Source: Rubrivivax sp.
GTDB lineage: Bacteria > Pseudomonadota > Gammaproteobacteria > Burkholderiales > Burkholderiaceae_C
Reading direction: 5' to 3'
DNA: 64,000 nt
NCBI GenBank assembly: GCA_031375065.1
Contig: JANMHH010000076.1
Span: forward strand, 2,614 to 66,613
Under the pieces are notes generated by a model, which saw only the letters and a list, made by a program, of their open reading frames with translations, was not told the DNA's origin and ran no database searches. Within the stretch, counting starts at the first letter, position 1. The number at the start of each line of letters is the position of its first letter. Of the stretch, positions 48,704 to 58,630 are shown piece after piece. Made by a program: the position numbers and the translations under genes.

Positions 48704-50917
48704 ATGTCCAAGCACACCCCCATTCACAGCCTGCAGGTTGACGCAGCGCTGCAGCGCTTCATCGACGACGAAGTCCTGCCTGGAACCGGCGTGACCGCAG
48801 CCCGGTTCTGGGCCGGCTTTGACGCCATCGTGCGCGATCTGGCGCCCCGCAACGCGGCCTTGTTGGCCGAGCGCGACCGGCTGCAAGCCGAGCTGGACGG
48901 CTGGCACCGGGCCCACCCCGGCCCGATTCGGGACATGGCCCTGTACCGCGCCTTCCTGGAGCGAATGGGCTACCTGCAAGCACCCCCGGCCCACGTGCAG
49001 GTCACCACCGCACAGGTCGACGAAGAGCTGGCGTTGCAAGCCGGCCCGCAGCTGGTGGTGCCGGTGCTCAACGCACGCTACGCGCTGAACGCTGCCAACG
49101 CGCGCTGGGGCAGCCTGTACGACGCGCTGTATGGCACCGACGCCATCGACGAGGCGGGTGGCGCTGAACGTGCCGGGGCCTATAACCCGGTTCGCGGAGC
49201 CCGCGTCATCGCCTTCGCCCGCCGTTTTCTGGACCAGGCCGCACCGCTGGCCAACCACGCCCAAGGTGGCAGCCACGCCAACAGCACCAACTACCGCATC
49301 GACGGCGGCCAGTTGCTGGTGACGTTGAACGACGGTCACGTGGTGGGCCTGGCCGAGCCGTCCGCCCTGGTCGGTTTCCAAGGCGACGCCGCCTCCCCGC
49401 AGTCGGTGCTGCTGGTTCACAACGGCCTGCACATCGACATCCGCATCGACCGCACCACCGCCATCGGCAAAAGCGACGCCGCAGGGGTCTCCGACCTGGT
49501 GCTGGAAGCGGCGCTGTCAACCATCCTCGACCTGGAAGACTCGGTGGCGGCGGTCGACGCCGAGGACAAGATCCTGGGCTACCGCAACTGGCTGGGCATC
49601 TTGAAGGGCGACCTGACCGAAGACGTCAGCAAGGGCGGCAAAACCTTCCAGCGCGGCCTCAACGCCGACCGCAGGTACCACGCCGCCAACGGCCAGGGTG
49701 ACGTGGTGCTGCACGGCCGCAGCCTGATGTTCCTGCGCAATGTGGGCCACCTGATGTGCAACCCCGCGGTGCTTTGCGGCGACGGGCAAGAAATCCCCGA
49801 GGGCATCCTGGACGCCGTGGTCACCACCACCATTGCGCTGCACGACCTGCAGCGCCACGGCCGCCTGCCCAACGGCAGCGCGGTCGTCAACAGCCGCCAG
49901 GGCAGCGTCTACATCGTCAAACCCAAGATGCACGGCCCCAGCGAAGTGGCCTTTGCAGCCGAACTTTTCAGCCGTGTCGAGCAGATGCTGGGCTTGCCCG
50001 ACAGCACCGTCAAGCTGGGCATCATGGACGAAGAGCGCCGCACCAGCGTCAACCTGAAAGCCTGCATCGCCGCCGCCGCCAGCCGCGTGGCCTTCATCAA
50101 CACCGGTTTCCTGGACCGCACTGGCGACGAAATGCACACCGCCATGCTGGCCGGGCCGATGCGCCGCAAAGGCGACATGAAAAGCAGCGAGTGGATCGCC
50201 GCCTATGAAAAGAGCAACGTGCTGGTGGGCCTGGAATGCGGCCTGCGCGGCAAGGCGCAAATTGGCAAGGGCATGTGGGCCATGCCCGACCTGATGGCGG
50301 CCATGCTGGAACAGAAGATCGGCCACCCCAAGGCCGGTGCCAACACGGCCTGGGTGCCCAGCCCCACCGCCGCCACCTTGCACGCCATGCACTACCACCA
50401 GGTCGACGTGGCAGCGGTGCAGCGCGAGTTGGAGAAGTCAGACATCGCTGGCCAACGCGAAGCCTTGTTGACCGGCCTGCTCACGGTGCCGGTGGTCAGC
50501 GACGTGACCTGGAGCGCGGCCGAACGCCAGCAAGAGCTGGACAACAACGTGCAGGGCATCCTGGGCTACGTGGTGCGCTGGATCGACCAGGGCGTGGGCT
50601 GCAGCAAGGTGCCCGACATCCACAACGTGGGCCTGATGGAAGACCGCGCCACGCTGCGCATCAGCAGCCAGCACATCGCCAACTGGCTGCACCACGGCGT
50701 GATCACGGCAGACCAAGTTCAGGAGAGCTTCCGCCGCATGGCCGCGGTGGTGGACGGGCAGAACCAGGGCGATGCGGCCTACGTGAACATGGCCGGCAAT
50801 TGGGACGGTGCCGCCTTTCAGGCCGCGCAGGACCTGGTGTTCAAGGGCAAGGAGCAGCCCAGTGGTTACACCGAGCCGCTGCTGCACGCGTGGCGCTTGC
50901 GCGTGAAGTCGCGCTGA
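48704..50917 (+). CDS. glcB: Malate synthase G
   Basis: [58 protein letters not shown]. Confidence 0.97.
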   Translation: MSKHTPIHSLQVDAALQRFIDDEVLPGTGVTAARFWAGFDAIVRDLAPRNAALLAERDRLQAELDGWHRAHPGPIRDMALYRAFLERMGYLQAPPAHVQVTTAQVDEELALQAGPQLVVPVLNARYALNAANARWGSLYDALYGTDAIDEAGGAERAGAYNPVRGARVIAFARRFLDQAAPLANHAQGGSHANSTNYRIDGGQLLVTLNDGHVVGLAEPSALVGFQGDAASPQSVLLVHNGLHIDIRIDRTTAIGKSDAAGVSDLVLEAALSTILDLEDSVAAVDAEDKILGYRNWLGILKGDLTEDVSKGGKTFQRGLNADRRYHAANGQGDVVLHGRSLMFLRNVGHLMCNPAVLCGDGQEIPEGILDAVVTTTIALHDLQRHGRLPNGSAVVNSRQGSVYIVKPKMHGPSEVAFAAELFSRVEQMLGLPDSTVKLGIMDEERRTSVNLKACIAAAASRVAFINTGFLDRTGDEMHTAMLAGPMRRKGDMKSSEWIAAYEKSNVLVGLECGLRGKAQIGKGMWAMPDLMAAMLEQKIGHPKAGANTAWVPSPTAATLHAMHYHQVDVAAVQRELEKSDIAGQREALLTGLLTVPVVSDVTWSAAERQQELDNNVQGILGYVVRWIDQGVGCSKVPDIHNVGLMEDRATLRISSQHIANWLHHGVITADQVQESFRRMAAVVDGQNQGDAAYVNMAGNWDGAAFQAAQDLVFKGKEQPSGYTEPLLHAWRLRVKSR

Positions 50918-50946
50918 AGTCGCGCTAACGGCGCGCTGAATTCGCC

Positions 50947-51327
50947 TCAGGTGGGTGTTGGCACACCGGCCATGCGGTCGGCCTTCAGGAAGTACAGGCG
51001 CGCCAGGGCCACCAGCTGATTCTGCGTGGGGTGGTCCTGCACCTCGTATCCATGGACCCGCGCAGCCGTCTGCGGGCGATGTTTCTTGGCGTAGTGCTCA
51101 AAGTCCGACAGGCCCGTGCGCGGCCCCACCACCAGCACCTGGGGCACGTCGGCCAGCGCGTCACAGACATGGGCGAAAAACTCATGCTGGGTGCGCACCT
51201 CGCTGCCATGCTGGTGGGTGAAATGCTGGTGGGCCTTGACCTTGCTGGCCTGAACATGCTCGGCGTCAAATTCAAGCAGTTGGGCGCTTTGGTGGTCGAT
51301 CCAGAGAACGGCGTGGTGAAACGTCAT
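50947..51327 (-). CDS. eRF1-domain-like translational machinery protein
   Basis: HAVLWIDH, VLVVGP, DHPTQNQLVA pattern; AGGAG RBS. Confidence 0.75.
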   Translation of the reverse strand: MTFHHAVLWIDHQSAQLLEFDAEHVQASKVKAHQHFTHQHGSEVRTQHEFFAHVCDALADVPQVLVVGPRTGLSDFEHYAKKHRPQTAARVHGYEVQDHPTQNQLVALARLYFLKADRMAGVPTPT

Positions 51328-51378
51328 GGAACAGCTCCTTTGTGGGGTTAGGGTGGAAAACGGGGATGGCTAAGGCCG

Positions 51379-51762
51379 TTAGGCAGCGCGCGGGCCGGCC
51401 GGCTTTTCGTGCGCGGCTTCGCAGCTCACACAACGCAGGGCCCACGGCTGGGCCTTGAGGCGGTCAAAGGCGATGTCGCAACCGCAGTCAACACAGGTGC
51501 CGTAGCGGCCCTCCTGCAGTCGAATCAGCGCCAGGCTGACGGCACCCAGCTCCTGGGTTTCCAGGTCCGAGATGGCCAGGTCCAGCTCGCGTGCGTTGTC
51601 GCGCTGGGGCGCGTCGTCACCGTCTTGCTCCAGCATGTCGTGGGCATGTTCGGCGCGGCTCACACCGCCGTGGTGGGCGGCCAAGCGGCGGTCCAGCTGG
51701 GCCTGCCTGGACTGCAGGTCGGATTCCAGCAACGCGCGTTGTCCGGCGGTCAGGTGGTTCAT
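51379..51762 (-). CDS. TraR/DksA C4-type zinc finger protein
   Basis: Coiled coil + YGTCVDCG...RLKAQP...CVSC. Confidence 0.9.
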   Translation of the reverse strand: MNHLTAGQRALLESDLQSRQAQLDRRLAAHHGGVSRAEHAHDMLEQDGDDAPQRDNARELDLAISDLETQELGAVSLALIRLQEGRYGTCVDCGCDIAFDRLKAQPWALRCVSCEAAHEKPAGPRAA

Positions 51763-51867
51763 GGGTTTCTCCTGGGTTGTCACCATGCTGCGCCTTCGCC
51801 GGCAGGACGTCTTTGCGCGCGATCAAGGCCGACCCAGAACCCGGCGCTGCCTACAATCCAGCCCCTC

Positions 51868-53094
51868 ATGAGCGCACACCCCCCTTTGCCCACCCGCTGC
51901 GACGTGCTGGTGGTTGGTGCAGGCCCTGCCGGCAGCGCCTGCGCACAGACCCTGGCCCAAGCCGGGCTGCACGTCGTCTTGGCCGACCAACACGATTTCC
52001 CGCGCGACAAGGTCTGCGGCGACGGGCTCATTCCCGACAGCCACGCCGCCTTTCGCCGCCTGGGCGTGTACGACGAAGTGGCCGCGCTGGCCACGCCGGT
52101 TCAGCACGTGCGCTGCGTCGGGCCGCGCGGTGGCTTCGTGGACGTGCCGGGGTCACTGTCGGTGCTGCCGCGCAAAGTGCTGGACCACGTGCTGGTGCGC
52201 GCTGCGCAGCGCGCCGGCGCGTTGCTGTTCACACCGTGGCGCTTTGAAGCGCCGTTGTTGGATGGCGAGCAGGTGGTGGGCGCGCGCTTCAAGACCCCCG
52301 CCGGGCCCCACGACGTGGCAGCGCGCTGGGTCGTGCTGGCCACCGGTGCGGTGCCGCAGGCCAGCACCGCGGCCGGCCTGTGCGAACGCCACACCCCCAG
52401 CGGCGTGGCGCTGCGCGGTTATGTCAAGAACGACGCCATGGTGCCGCACATCACCCAGCTGCAAATGATGTGGCACCCGCGGCTGCGCGGGGGTTATGGC
52501 TGGATCTTCCCCACCCCCGGCGGCGTCTTCAACATCGGTGCAGGCCTGACCGGCAGCCACTTGAAGCAGGGCAATGGCAAAGGCCGTATGCAAAGTGTCA
52601 ACCTGCGCGAGATGTTCGACGCCTTCTGTGAGGTCTACGGACCGGCGCGTGAATTGATGGCCACCGGCACCTTGCAAGGCGACATCAAGGGCGCGCCGCT
52701 GCGCTGCTCGATGGTCGGCGCGCGCTGGTCGCGCCCTGGCCTGCTGGGCACCGGCGAGGTGGTGGGCAGCACCTATGCCTTCACCGGCGAAGGCATCGGC
52801 AAGGCCATGGAAACCGGCATGCTGGCCGCCGAGGCCATCGTGCAAGACCACCAGGCCAGCGATGCCAGCGTGCGCCAGCGCTATGAAACCTCACTGGCCG
52901 CGCTCAAGCCCCGCTTTGACATGTACGAAACGGCCAGCCACGTCAACCACCACCCCTGGCTGGCCAACCTGGTGGTGTGGCGGGCGCGCAAGAGCCCGCG
53001 CATCCTGCGCCGCATGTCGGGCATGCTGGAAGAAACGCAGAACCCGGGCCGGCTGTTCACCTGGCGCGGCTTCAGCAAACTGTTGTTCGAATGA
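51868..53094 (+). CDS. Geranylgeranyl-reductase-family FAD oxidoreductase
   Basis: VVGAGPAG, FPRDKVCGDG, YGWIFP, TGEGIG. Confidence 0.88.
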   Translation: MSAHPPLPTRCDVLVVGAGPAGSACAQTLAQAGLHVVLADQHDFPRDKVCGDGLIPDSHAAFRRLGVYDEVAALATPVQHVRCVGPRGGFVDVPGSLSVLPRKVLDHVLVRAAQRAGALLFTPWRFEAPLLDGEQVVGARFKTPAGPHDVAARWVVLATGAVPQASTAAGLCERHTPSGVALRGYVKNDAMVPHITQLQMMWHPRLRGGYGWIFPTPGGVFNIGAGLTGSHLKQGNGKGRMQSVNLREMFDAFCEVYGPARELMATGTLQGDIKGAPLRCSMVGARWSRPGLLGTGEVVGSTYAFTGEGIGKAMETGMLAAEAIVQDHQASDASVRQRYETSLAALKPRFDMYETASHVNHHPWLANLVVWRARKSPRILRRMSGMLEETQNPGRLFTWRGFSKLLFE

Positions 53095-53113
53095 AACCTC
53101 TCAAAGGCCAAGC

Positions 53114-54052
53114 ATGAAATTTCAACAACTCTGGTGGGCCCCGCTGCTGTGCGGCCTGCTGACTTCTTGCGGCGGCGGCAGCAATGACGTGCCGACAGGC
53201 CCCGCTCCGGTGGTCAGCGCGTCCAGCGCCAACACCGCCCGCTACAGCGAGACCTTGCTCATCCCGCTGACTGGCACCAACCTCGATCAGGCCTTGACGC
53301 TGACCTCCGGCGGCTGCCGTAACTTTCAACGCAGCACCGCTCAGCCCTTTGTCAGCACGCCGACCTTGGCCTACTACACCTGCACCGTTTCGGGCGTGGG
53401 CAGTTTGGTGGTCAATGTGGCCTGGGCCGGCAACACGCTCGGCAACGTGCCCTTTGCCGTTGACCTGCCTCAGGTCACCATGCAGGTCAGCAACGGGCTG
53501 GCCGTCAGTGGCCAGATCGTCATCACCCTTCGCCCGCAAGAAGCACCCTTGACGGTGGACAACTTTCTCGCCTACGTGAAAAGTGGTTTCTACAACAACA
53601 CCATCTTTCATCGGCATGGTCGATCAACCACCTCGACACCCTTTGTGCTGCAAGGCGGTGGCTTCACCAGCCCGGTGACAGCCGCTGCAGCCTTCCCGCC
53701 AGCCAAGGCGGCTTCAGCGCCCATCGCATTGGAAGCGGGGCGCGGACTGTCCAACTTGCGCTACAGCCTGGCCATGGCACGAGGCAACGCGCCGGCTTCG
53801 GCCACTTCGGAGTTTTTCATCAACACCGTGGACAACGTTTTCCTGGACACATCCAATGGCGGCTACGCCGTCTTTGGCACGGTGACCACGGGCGTGGCGC
53901 TGGTCGACGCGATGGTGGCCGCACCTTGCAGCCTTTCACCCGTCAACTTTGACAGTGGTGTACCCAACCCACCACCGCCGGGTTACATACCCAGCACCGA
54001 TTGCGTGCCCTCGCCCAACATCGTTGTCACCTCGGCGTCGCAAAGCCGCTGA
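53114..54052 (+). CDS. Lipoprotein with cyclophilin-type PPIase domain
   Basis: Lipobox LTSC; APLTVDNFLAYV, FHR, LQGGG, AMAR, SEFFIN, GYAVFG. Confidence 0.88.
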   Translation: MKFQQLWWAPLLCGLLTSCGGGSNDVPTGPAPVVSASSANTARYSETLLIPLTGTNLDQALTLTSGGCRNFQRSTAQPFVSTPTLAYYTCTVSGVGSLVVNVAWAGNTLGNVPFAVDLPQVTMQVSNGLAVSGQIVITLRPQEAPLTVDNFLAYVKSGFYNNTIFHRHGRSTTSTPFVLQGGGFTSPVTAAAAFPPAKAASAPIALEAGRGLSNLRYSLAMARGNAPASATSEFFINTVDNVFLDTSNGGYAVFGTVTTGVALVDAMVAAPCSLSPVNFDSGVPNPPPPGYIPSTDCVPSPNIVVTSASQSR

Positions 54053-54092
54053 CCCGCTGACCCGCTGACGCCAAGCCGGATCACTGCGCCCC

Positions 54093-54866
54093 ATGTGCCA
54101 GCTGCTGGGCATGAACGCCAACGTCCCCACCGACGTGATGTTCAGCTTTGCCGGCCTGGCCAACCGCGCACACGAACACAAAGACGGCTTTGGCATCGCC
54201 TTTTTCGAAGACCGCGGGCTGCGTCACTTCATCGACCACCACGGCGCGCGCAACAGCCCGGTGGCCGAACTGGTCAAGCGCTACCCGATCAAAAGCGACA
54301 ACGTCATCGCCCACATCCGCAAGGCCACCCAGGGCGTGGTGGCGCTGGAGAACACCCACCCTTTTGTGCGCGAGTTGTGGGGCCGCTACTGGGTCTTTGC
54401 CCACAACGGCGACCTGAAAGGTTTTGCGCCGCGCCTGCATGGCGCCTTTCGCCCGGTGGGCAACACCGACAGCGAGCTGGCCTTTTGCTGGCTGATGCAA
54501 GAGCTGGCCAAGGCGCACGCCAGCGTGCCCTCCGTCGAAGAGCTCAGCTGCACTCTGCGTGAGCTGCTGCCCCAGCCGACCCGTCATGGCACCTTCAATC
54601 TGCTGCTCAGCAATGGGCAGGCTTTGTGGGCTCACTGTTCGACGCAGTTGCATGTGCTGGAGCGGGCCCACCCCTTTGGCGCGGCACAGCTGGCCGATGA
54701 AGATTTGAAAGTTGACTTTGCCGCGCACACCACGCCCCAAGACCGCGTGGCCATCGTCGCCACCGCCCCGTTGACACAGGGCGAAGACTGGAAGGCCCTG
54801 GCCGCAGGAGAAATGCGGGTGCTGGTGGGCGGCCAGACGGTGGCCGCCGGTCCCTGCCGGGCCTGA
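54093..54866 (+). CDS. Class II glutamine amidotransferase (YafJ-like)
   Basis: N-terminal MCQLLG, HIRKAT, NTHPF, HNG, TDSE. Confidence 0.9.
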   Translation: MCQLLGMNANVPTDVMFSFAGLANRAHEHKDGFGIAFFEDRGLRHFIDHHGARNSPVAELVKRYPIKSDNVIAHIRKATQGVVALENTHPFVRELWGRYWVFAHNGDLKGFAPRLHGAFRPVGNTDSELAFCWLMQELAKAHASVPSVEELSCTLRELLPQPTRHGTFNLLLSNGQALWAHCSTQLHVLERAHPFGAAQLADEDLKVDFAAHTTPQDRVAIVATAPLTQGEDWKALAAGEMRVLVGGQTVAAGPCRA

Positions 54867-54980
54867 CGGGGCCGGACCAGGCCAACCGCCCATCCACGCA
54901 GGCGGCCCTTGATGCGCTGCCAGCGCCAGCTCACCGCAGCGGCAGCCCCTGCACCCGGGAGCCCCTCTAGACTGCGCTCC

Positions 54981-56046
54981 ATGCTCAGCACGCGCATCGA
55001 CTGGAGCCAGCTCTGGTATCCCGGCCCCCAACGCGCTTTCAGCGCGGACGAGATGGCCGCTGCCGGCAGCGAAGGCCCCAGCCCGACCTTGCTGGCCATG
55101 GTGGGCATCAACCTGGCCCTCATCGCCTTTTTGTTGTTGCAGATGGCCCCGGCCTCAGAAACGGCGCGGCTGTTGGGCTTGATGGTGCCGCTGACCCTGG
55201 CTGGCGTGGCCGGCGCGCGCTGGCTGTGGTGGCGCCCATGGCGCGGGCCGCTGATGCTGACCACACTGGCGGGTCTGGCGCTGACAGTGCTGATGCTGTT
55301 GGGCTTGCGCTGGCGCCTGCCCGACCGGGACGATCGCGCTTGGCTCAACATCGTGGTGGTGGCCTGGGGGTCGACCACCCCAGTGTTGCTGTGGTTTCTG
55401 GTGATCTGGCGTGCCCACCAGATTGAATCGCGCCTGAGCGAGCAAGCCGAACGCGAAAAGGCCATCGAGATGGCCCGCCGGCTGGCGGCTGCGCAGTTGG
55501 AACCTCACTTTCTGTTCAACACCTTGGCGTCCTTGCAACACTGGGTCGACACCAAGGACGACCGCGCCGCGCCTTTGCTGGCCGCACTCACGGGCTACTT
55601 GCGCGCCACGCTGCCGATGTTCAAGCGGCCGACCCTGGCGCTGCACGAGGAACTGCTGGCGGTCGAGCGCTACCTGCAAGTCATGCAGGCCCGCATGGGC
55701 CAGCGCTTGACCTGGCTGATCGACGTGGCGCCCGCGTTGCGCGACTTGCCGCTGCCCCCGGGCGTGCTGCTGACCCTGGTGGAAAACGCCATCCTGCACG
55801 GCCTGGAGCCCCAACTGGCGGGCGGCGAAGTACGCCTGAGCGCGCAGATCCAGGGCCAAATGGCCCACATCGACGTGGTGGACAACGGTCTGGGTCTGGG
55901 TGACGGTGCTGCCGAAGGCGTGGGGCTGAGCAACGTTCGCCAGCGCCTGGTTTGGGCCTGCGGCGACGCCGCACAGCTGGTGCTGCAGGCCGCCCCCCCA
56001 GCAGGGCGCCTGGGCTCACCTTGAACTGCCGCTTCCAAGGACCTGA
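54981..56046 (+). CDS. LytS-like sensor histidine kinase with apparent C-terminal frameshift in a C7 tract
   Basis: TM region, AQLEPHFLFNTL, LVENAILHG, DNG, GVGL. As read the ORF stops at 56024; the canonical tail GAWAHLELP lies in another frame ending at 56046. Confidence 0.85.
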
Positions 56047-56048
56047 CC

Positions 56049-56861
56049 ATGACCCGCGTGCTGATTGCCGACGACGAAGAGGCCCCCCGTGAGCAGCTGC
56101 GCTGGGCTCTGAACAAGGCTTGGCCGGCGGCCGAGCTGGTGGCCAGCGCGGTCAACGGCGCCGACGCCTGGGACAGCTTCCTGGAGTTTGAACCCGAGGT
56201 TTGCTTCCTGGACATCCGCATGCCGGGGCTGAGCGGCATCGACGTGGCGCGTCGCATCGGCGGCCAGGCGCAGGTGGTCTTTGTCACCGCGTATGACGAC
56301 CACGCGCTGGCGGCCTTTGACGCCGGCGCGGTGGACTACCTGCTCAAGCCCATCGATGCCGAGCGCCTGAGCCAAACGGTGGCGCGTTTGCAGTCTCGCC
56401 TGGCTGTGGCCCCAGCCCTGCCGGGGCCTGACCTGCCGGTACGCGACCTGCCGGCGCCTGACCTGCCGAAGGCCGACCTTCAGTCACTGCTGCTACAGCT
56501 GTCCAGGCAGGCTCGGCGGCCGCCACATCTGAGCGTGCTGCAAGCGGCCGTCGGGCGCGAGGTGCGCATGATTCGCACCGACGAGGTCATCTACTTTGAA
56601 AGCGACAGCCGCTACACCCGCGTGGTCCATGGCGCCGGCGCTACCGCAGGCGACGCCTTGATCCGCACGCCCTTGAAAGAACTGCTGACGCAACTGGACG
56701 AGCAGCTGTTTTGGCAGGTGCACCGTTCGGTCATCGTCAACCACCGCCACGTGGCTGCGGCGGTGCGCGTGGACGAAGGACACATGCACCTGACGCTGCG
56801 GGGCAGGCCCGAGACCCTGCCGGTTTCTCGCCACTTTCAGGGCTTGTTCAAGGGTCAGTAA
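56049..56861 (+). CDS. LytTR family response regulator
   Basis: IADDE, FLDIRMP, DYLLKP, FWQVHRS, LPVSR. Confidence 0.93.
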   Translation: MTRVLIADDEEAPREQLRWALNKAWPAAELVASAVNGADAWDSFLEFEPEVCFLDIRMPGLSGIDVARRIGGQAQVVFVTAYDDHALAAFDAGAVDYLLKPIDAERLSQTVARLQSRLAVAPALPGPDLPVRDLPAPDLPKADLQSLLLQLSRQARRPPHLSVLQAAVGREVRMIRTDEVIYFESDSRYTRVVHGAGATAGDALIRTPLKELLTQLDEQLFWQVHRSVIVNHRHVAAAVRVDEGHMHLTLRGRPETLPVSRHFQGLFKGQ

Positions 56862-56921
56862 CTAAGGGGCAGCCGTCGCAGCGCAGTTAGGATCAAGCCA
56901 CCCCCAGACCATCGTCTAGCC

Positions 56922-58619
56922 ATGTCCGTGATCCCCGTTCCCCGCTTCGACCAGTTCTACCGCCACCCCGAACTCACCCGACTGCTGCAGGACTATGCGG
57001 CAGCGGCACCCCAGCTGGTTGAGCTGCGCAGCATCGGCAAGAGCCATGAAGGGCGCGACATCTGGTTGTTGGTCCTGACCAACCCCAACACCGGCGCCGA
57101 CACCGACAAGCCGGCGTTTTGGATCGACGGCAACATCCACGCCGCCGAGCTGACCGCCAGCACCGCCTGCCTGTATTGGTTGCACCAGCTGGTCAGCGGC
57201 TACCTGGCCGGCGACGCGCAAGCAGTGCACTTGCTCGACACCCGCGTGGTCTACATGGCGCCACGGCTCAACCCCGACGGTGCCGAGCTGGCGTTGGCCG
57301 ACCAGCCGCGCCACATCCGCTCGTCAACACGCCCCTACCCCTTCGACGAAGAGCCCGTGGAGGGCCTGACCATCGAAGACGTGGACGGCGACGGCCGCAT
57401 GCTGAGCATGCGCATTGCCGATCCACACGGCCCCTACAAGAAGCACCCGCAAGAGCCGCGCCTGATGGTGGCGCGCGAACCCGGCGAGTTTGGCGGCGAC
57501 TACTACCGCATCATTCCCGAGGGCACACTGACCCACTTCGACGGCTTCAAGATCACCGCCAACCGCGACCGCGAAGGGCTGGACCTGAACCGCAACTTCC
57601 CGTCCAACTGGCGCCAGGAATTCCAGCAGCAAGGCGCTGGTCCCTACCCCGCCAGCGAACCCGAGGTGCGGGCGATGGTGGACTTTGTGGTGCAGCACCC
57701 CAACATCGGTGCGGCGGTCAGCTTTCACACCCACAGCGGCGTCATCCTGCGGCCCATGGGCTCGCAGAGAGACGACGACATGACGCCCGAAGACCTGTGG
57801 ATGTACAAGCGGTTGTCGGACATCGGCGCCAAGCTCACCGGCTATCCCGCCGTCAGCATCTGGCACGACTTCAAGTACCACCCCAAAGAGCTGATCACTG
57901 GCACCCAGGACTGGCTTTATGAGCACCTGGGCGCGCTGTTCTGGACCGTGGAAATCTGGGCGCCCAACAAAGAGGCCGGCATCACCGACTACAAGTGGAT
58001 CGAGTGGTACCGCGACCACCCCGTTGAAGACGACCTGAAGCTGCTGAAGTGGAGCGATGAGCAATGCGCCGGCCAGGCCCACGTCGACTGGTACGCCTAC
58101 CGCCACCCCCAGCTGGGCATGGTGGAACTGGGTGGTTGGGACCGCATGAACTACTGGCGCAACCCGCCACCTCACTTGCGCGAACGCGAAGCCGCGCGTT
58201 TCCCGGCCTGGCTGATGCAGATCGGGCTGAGTCTGCCCAAGCTCGAAGTCCTGCGCGCCGAGGTCAGGTCGCTTGGCGAAGACACCTGGCGGATTCGGTT
58301 TGCGGTGGCCAACAGCGGCTACCTGCCTGCCTACGTCACCAAGCGGGCACTCGAACGCAAAACCGCGCGCGGAACGGTCTTCAACATCCACCTGCCCGCT
58401 GGCACCAGCCTGGTCACCGGCAAGGAGCGGGTTGAAGCCGCGCACCTCGAAGGCCATGCGCCCAAAGCCAGCCTGCAGGCGTTTTTGCCCAACCGCGAGA
58501 TCACCGGCGACCGTGCCGTGGCCGAGTGGGTGGTGCGCGGTGTGCGTGGCACGGCCATCGCGCTGACCGCCAGCGCCGACCGGGCCGGAACGGTGCACAC
58601 CGAAGTCACGCTGGACTGA
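56922..58619 (+). CDS. M14 zinc carboxypeptidase
   Basis: IHAAE, NPDG, DLNRNF, SEPE, FHT. Confidence 0.9.
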   Translation: MSVIPVPRFDQFYRHPELTRLLQDYAAAAPQLVELRSIGKSHEGRDIWLLVLTNPNTGADTDKPAFWIDGNIHAAELTASTACLYWLHQLVSGYLAGDAQAVHLLDTRVVYMAPRLNPDGAELALADQPRHIRSSTRPYPFDEEPVEGLTIEDVDGDGRMLSMRIADPHGPYKKHPQEPRLMVAREPGEFGGDYYRIIPEGTLTHFDGFKITANRDREGLDLNRNFPSNWRQEFQQQGAGPYPASEPEVRAMVDFVVQHPNIGAAVSFHTHSGVILRPMGSQRDDDMTPEDLWMYKRLSDIGAKLTGYPAVSIWHDFKYHPKELITGTQDWLYEHLGALFWTVEIWAPNKEAGITDYKWIEWYRDHPVEDDLKLLKWSDEQCAGQAHVDWYAYRHPQLGMVELGGWDRMNYWRNPPPHLREREAARFPAWLMQIGLSLPKLEVLRAEVRSLGEDTWRIRFAVANSGYLPAYVTKRALERKTARGTVFNIHLPAGTSLVTGKERVEAAHLEGHAPKASLQAFLPNREITGDRAVAEWVVRGVRGTAIALTASADRAGTVHTEVTLD

Positions 58620-58630
58620 GCCAGCTGGCC

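Noticed and set aside
56420-56482. PDLP-like repeats in the LytTR regulator
   Set aside because: Short linker expansion between receiver and LytTR domains; unremarkable.
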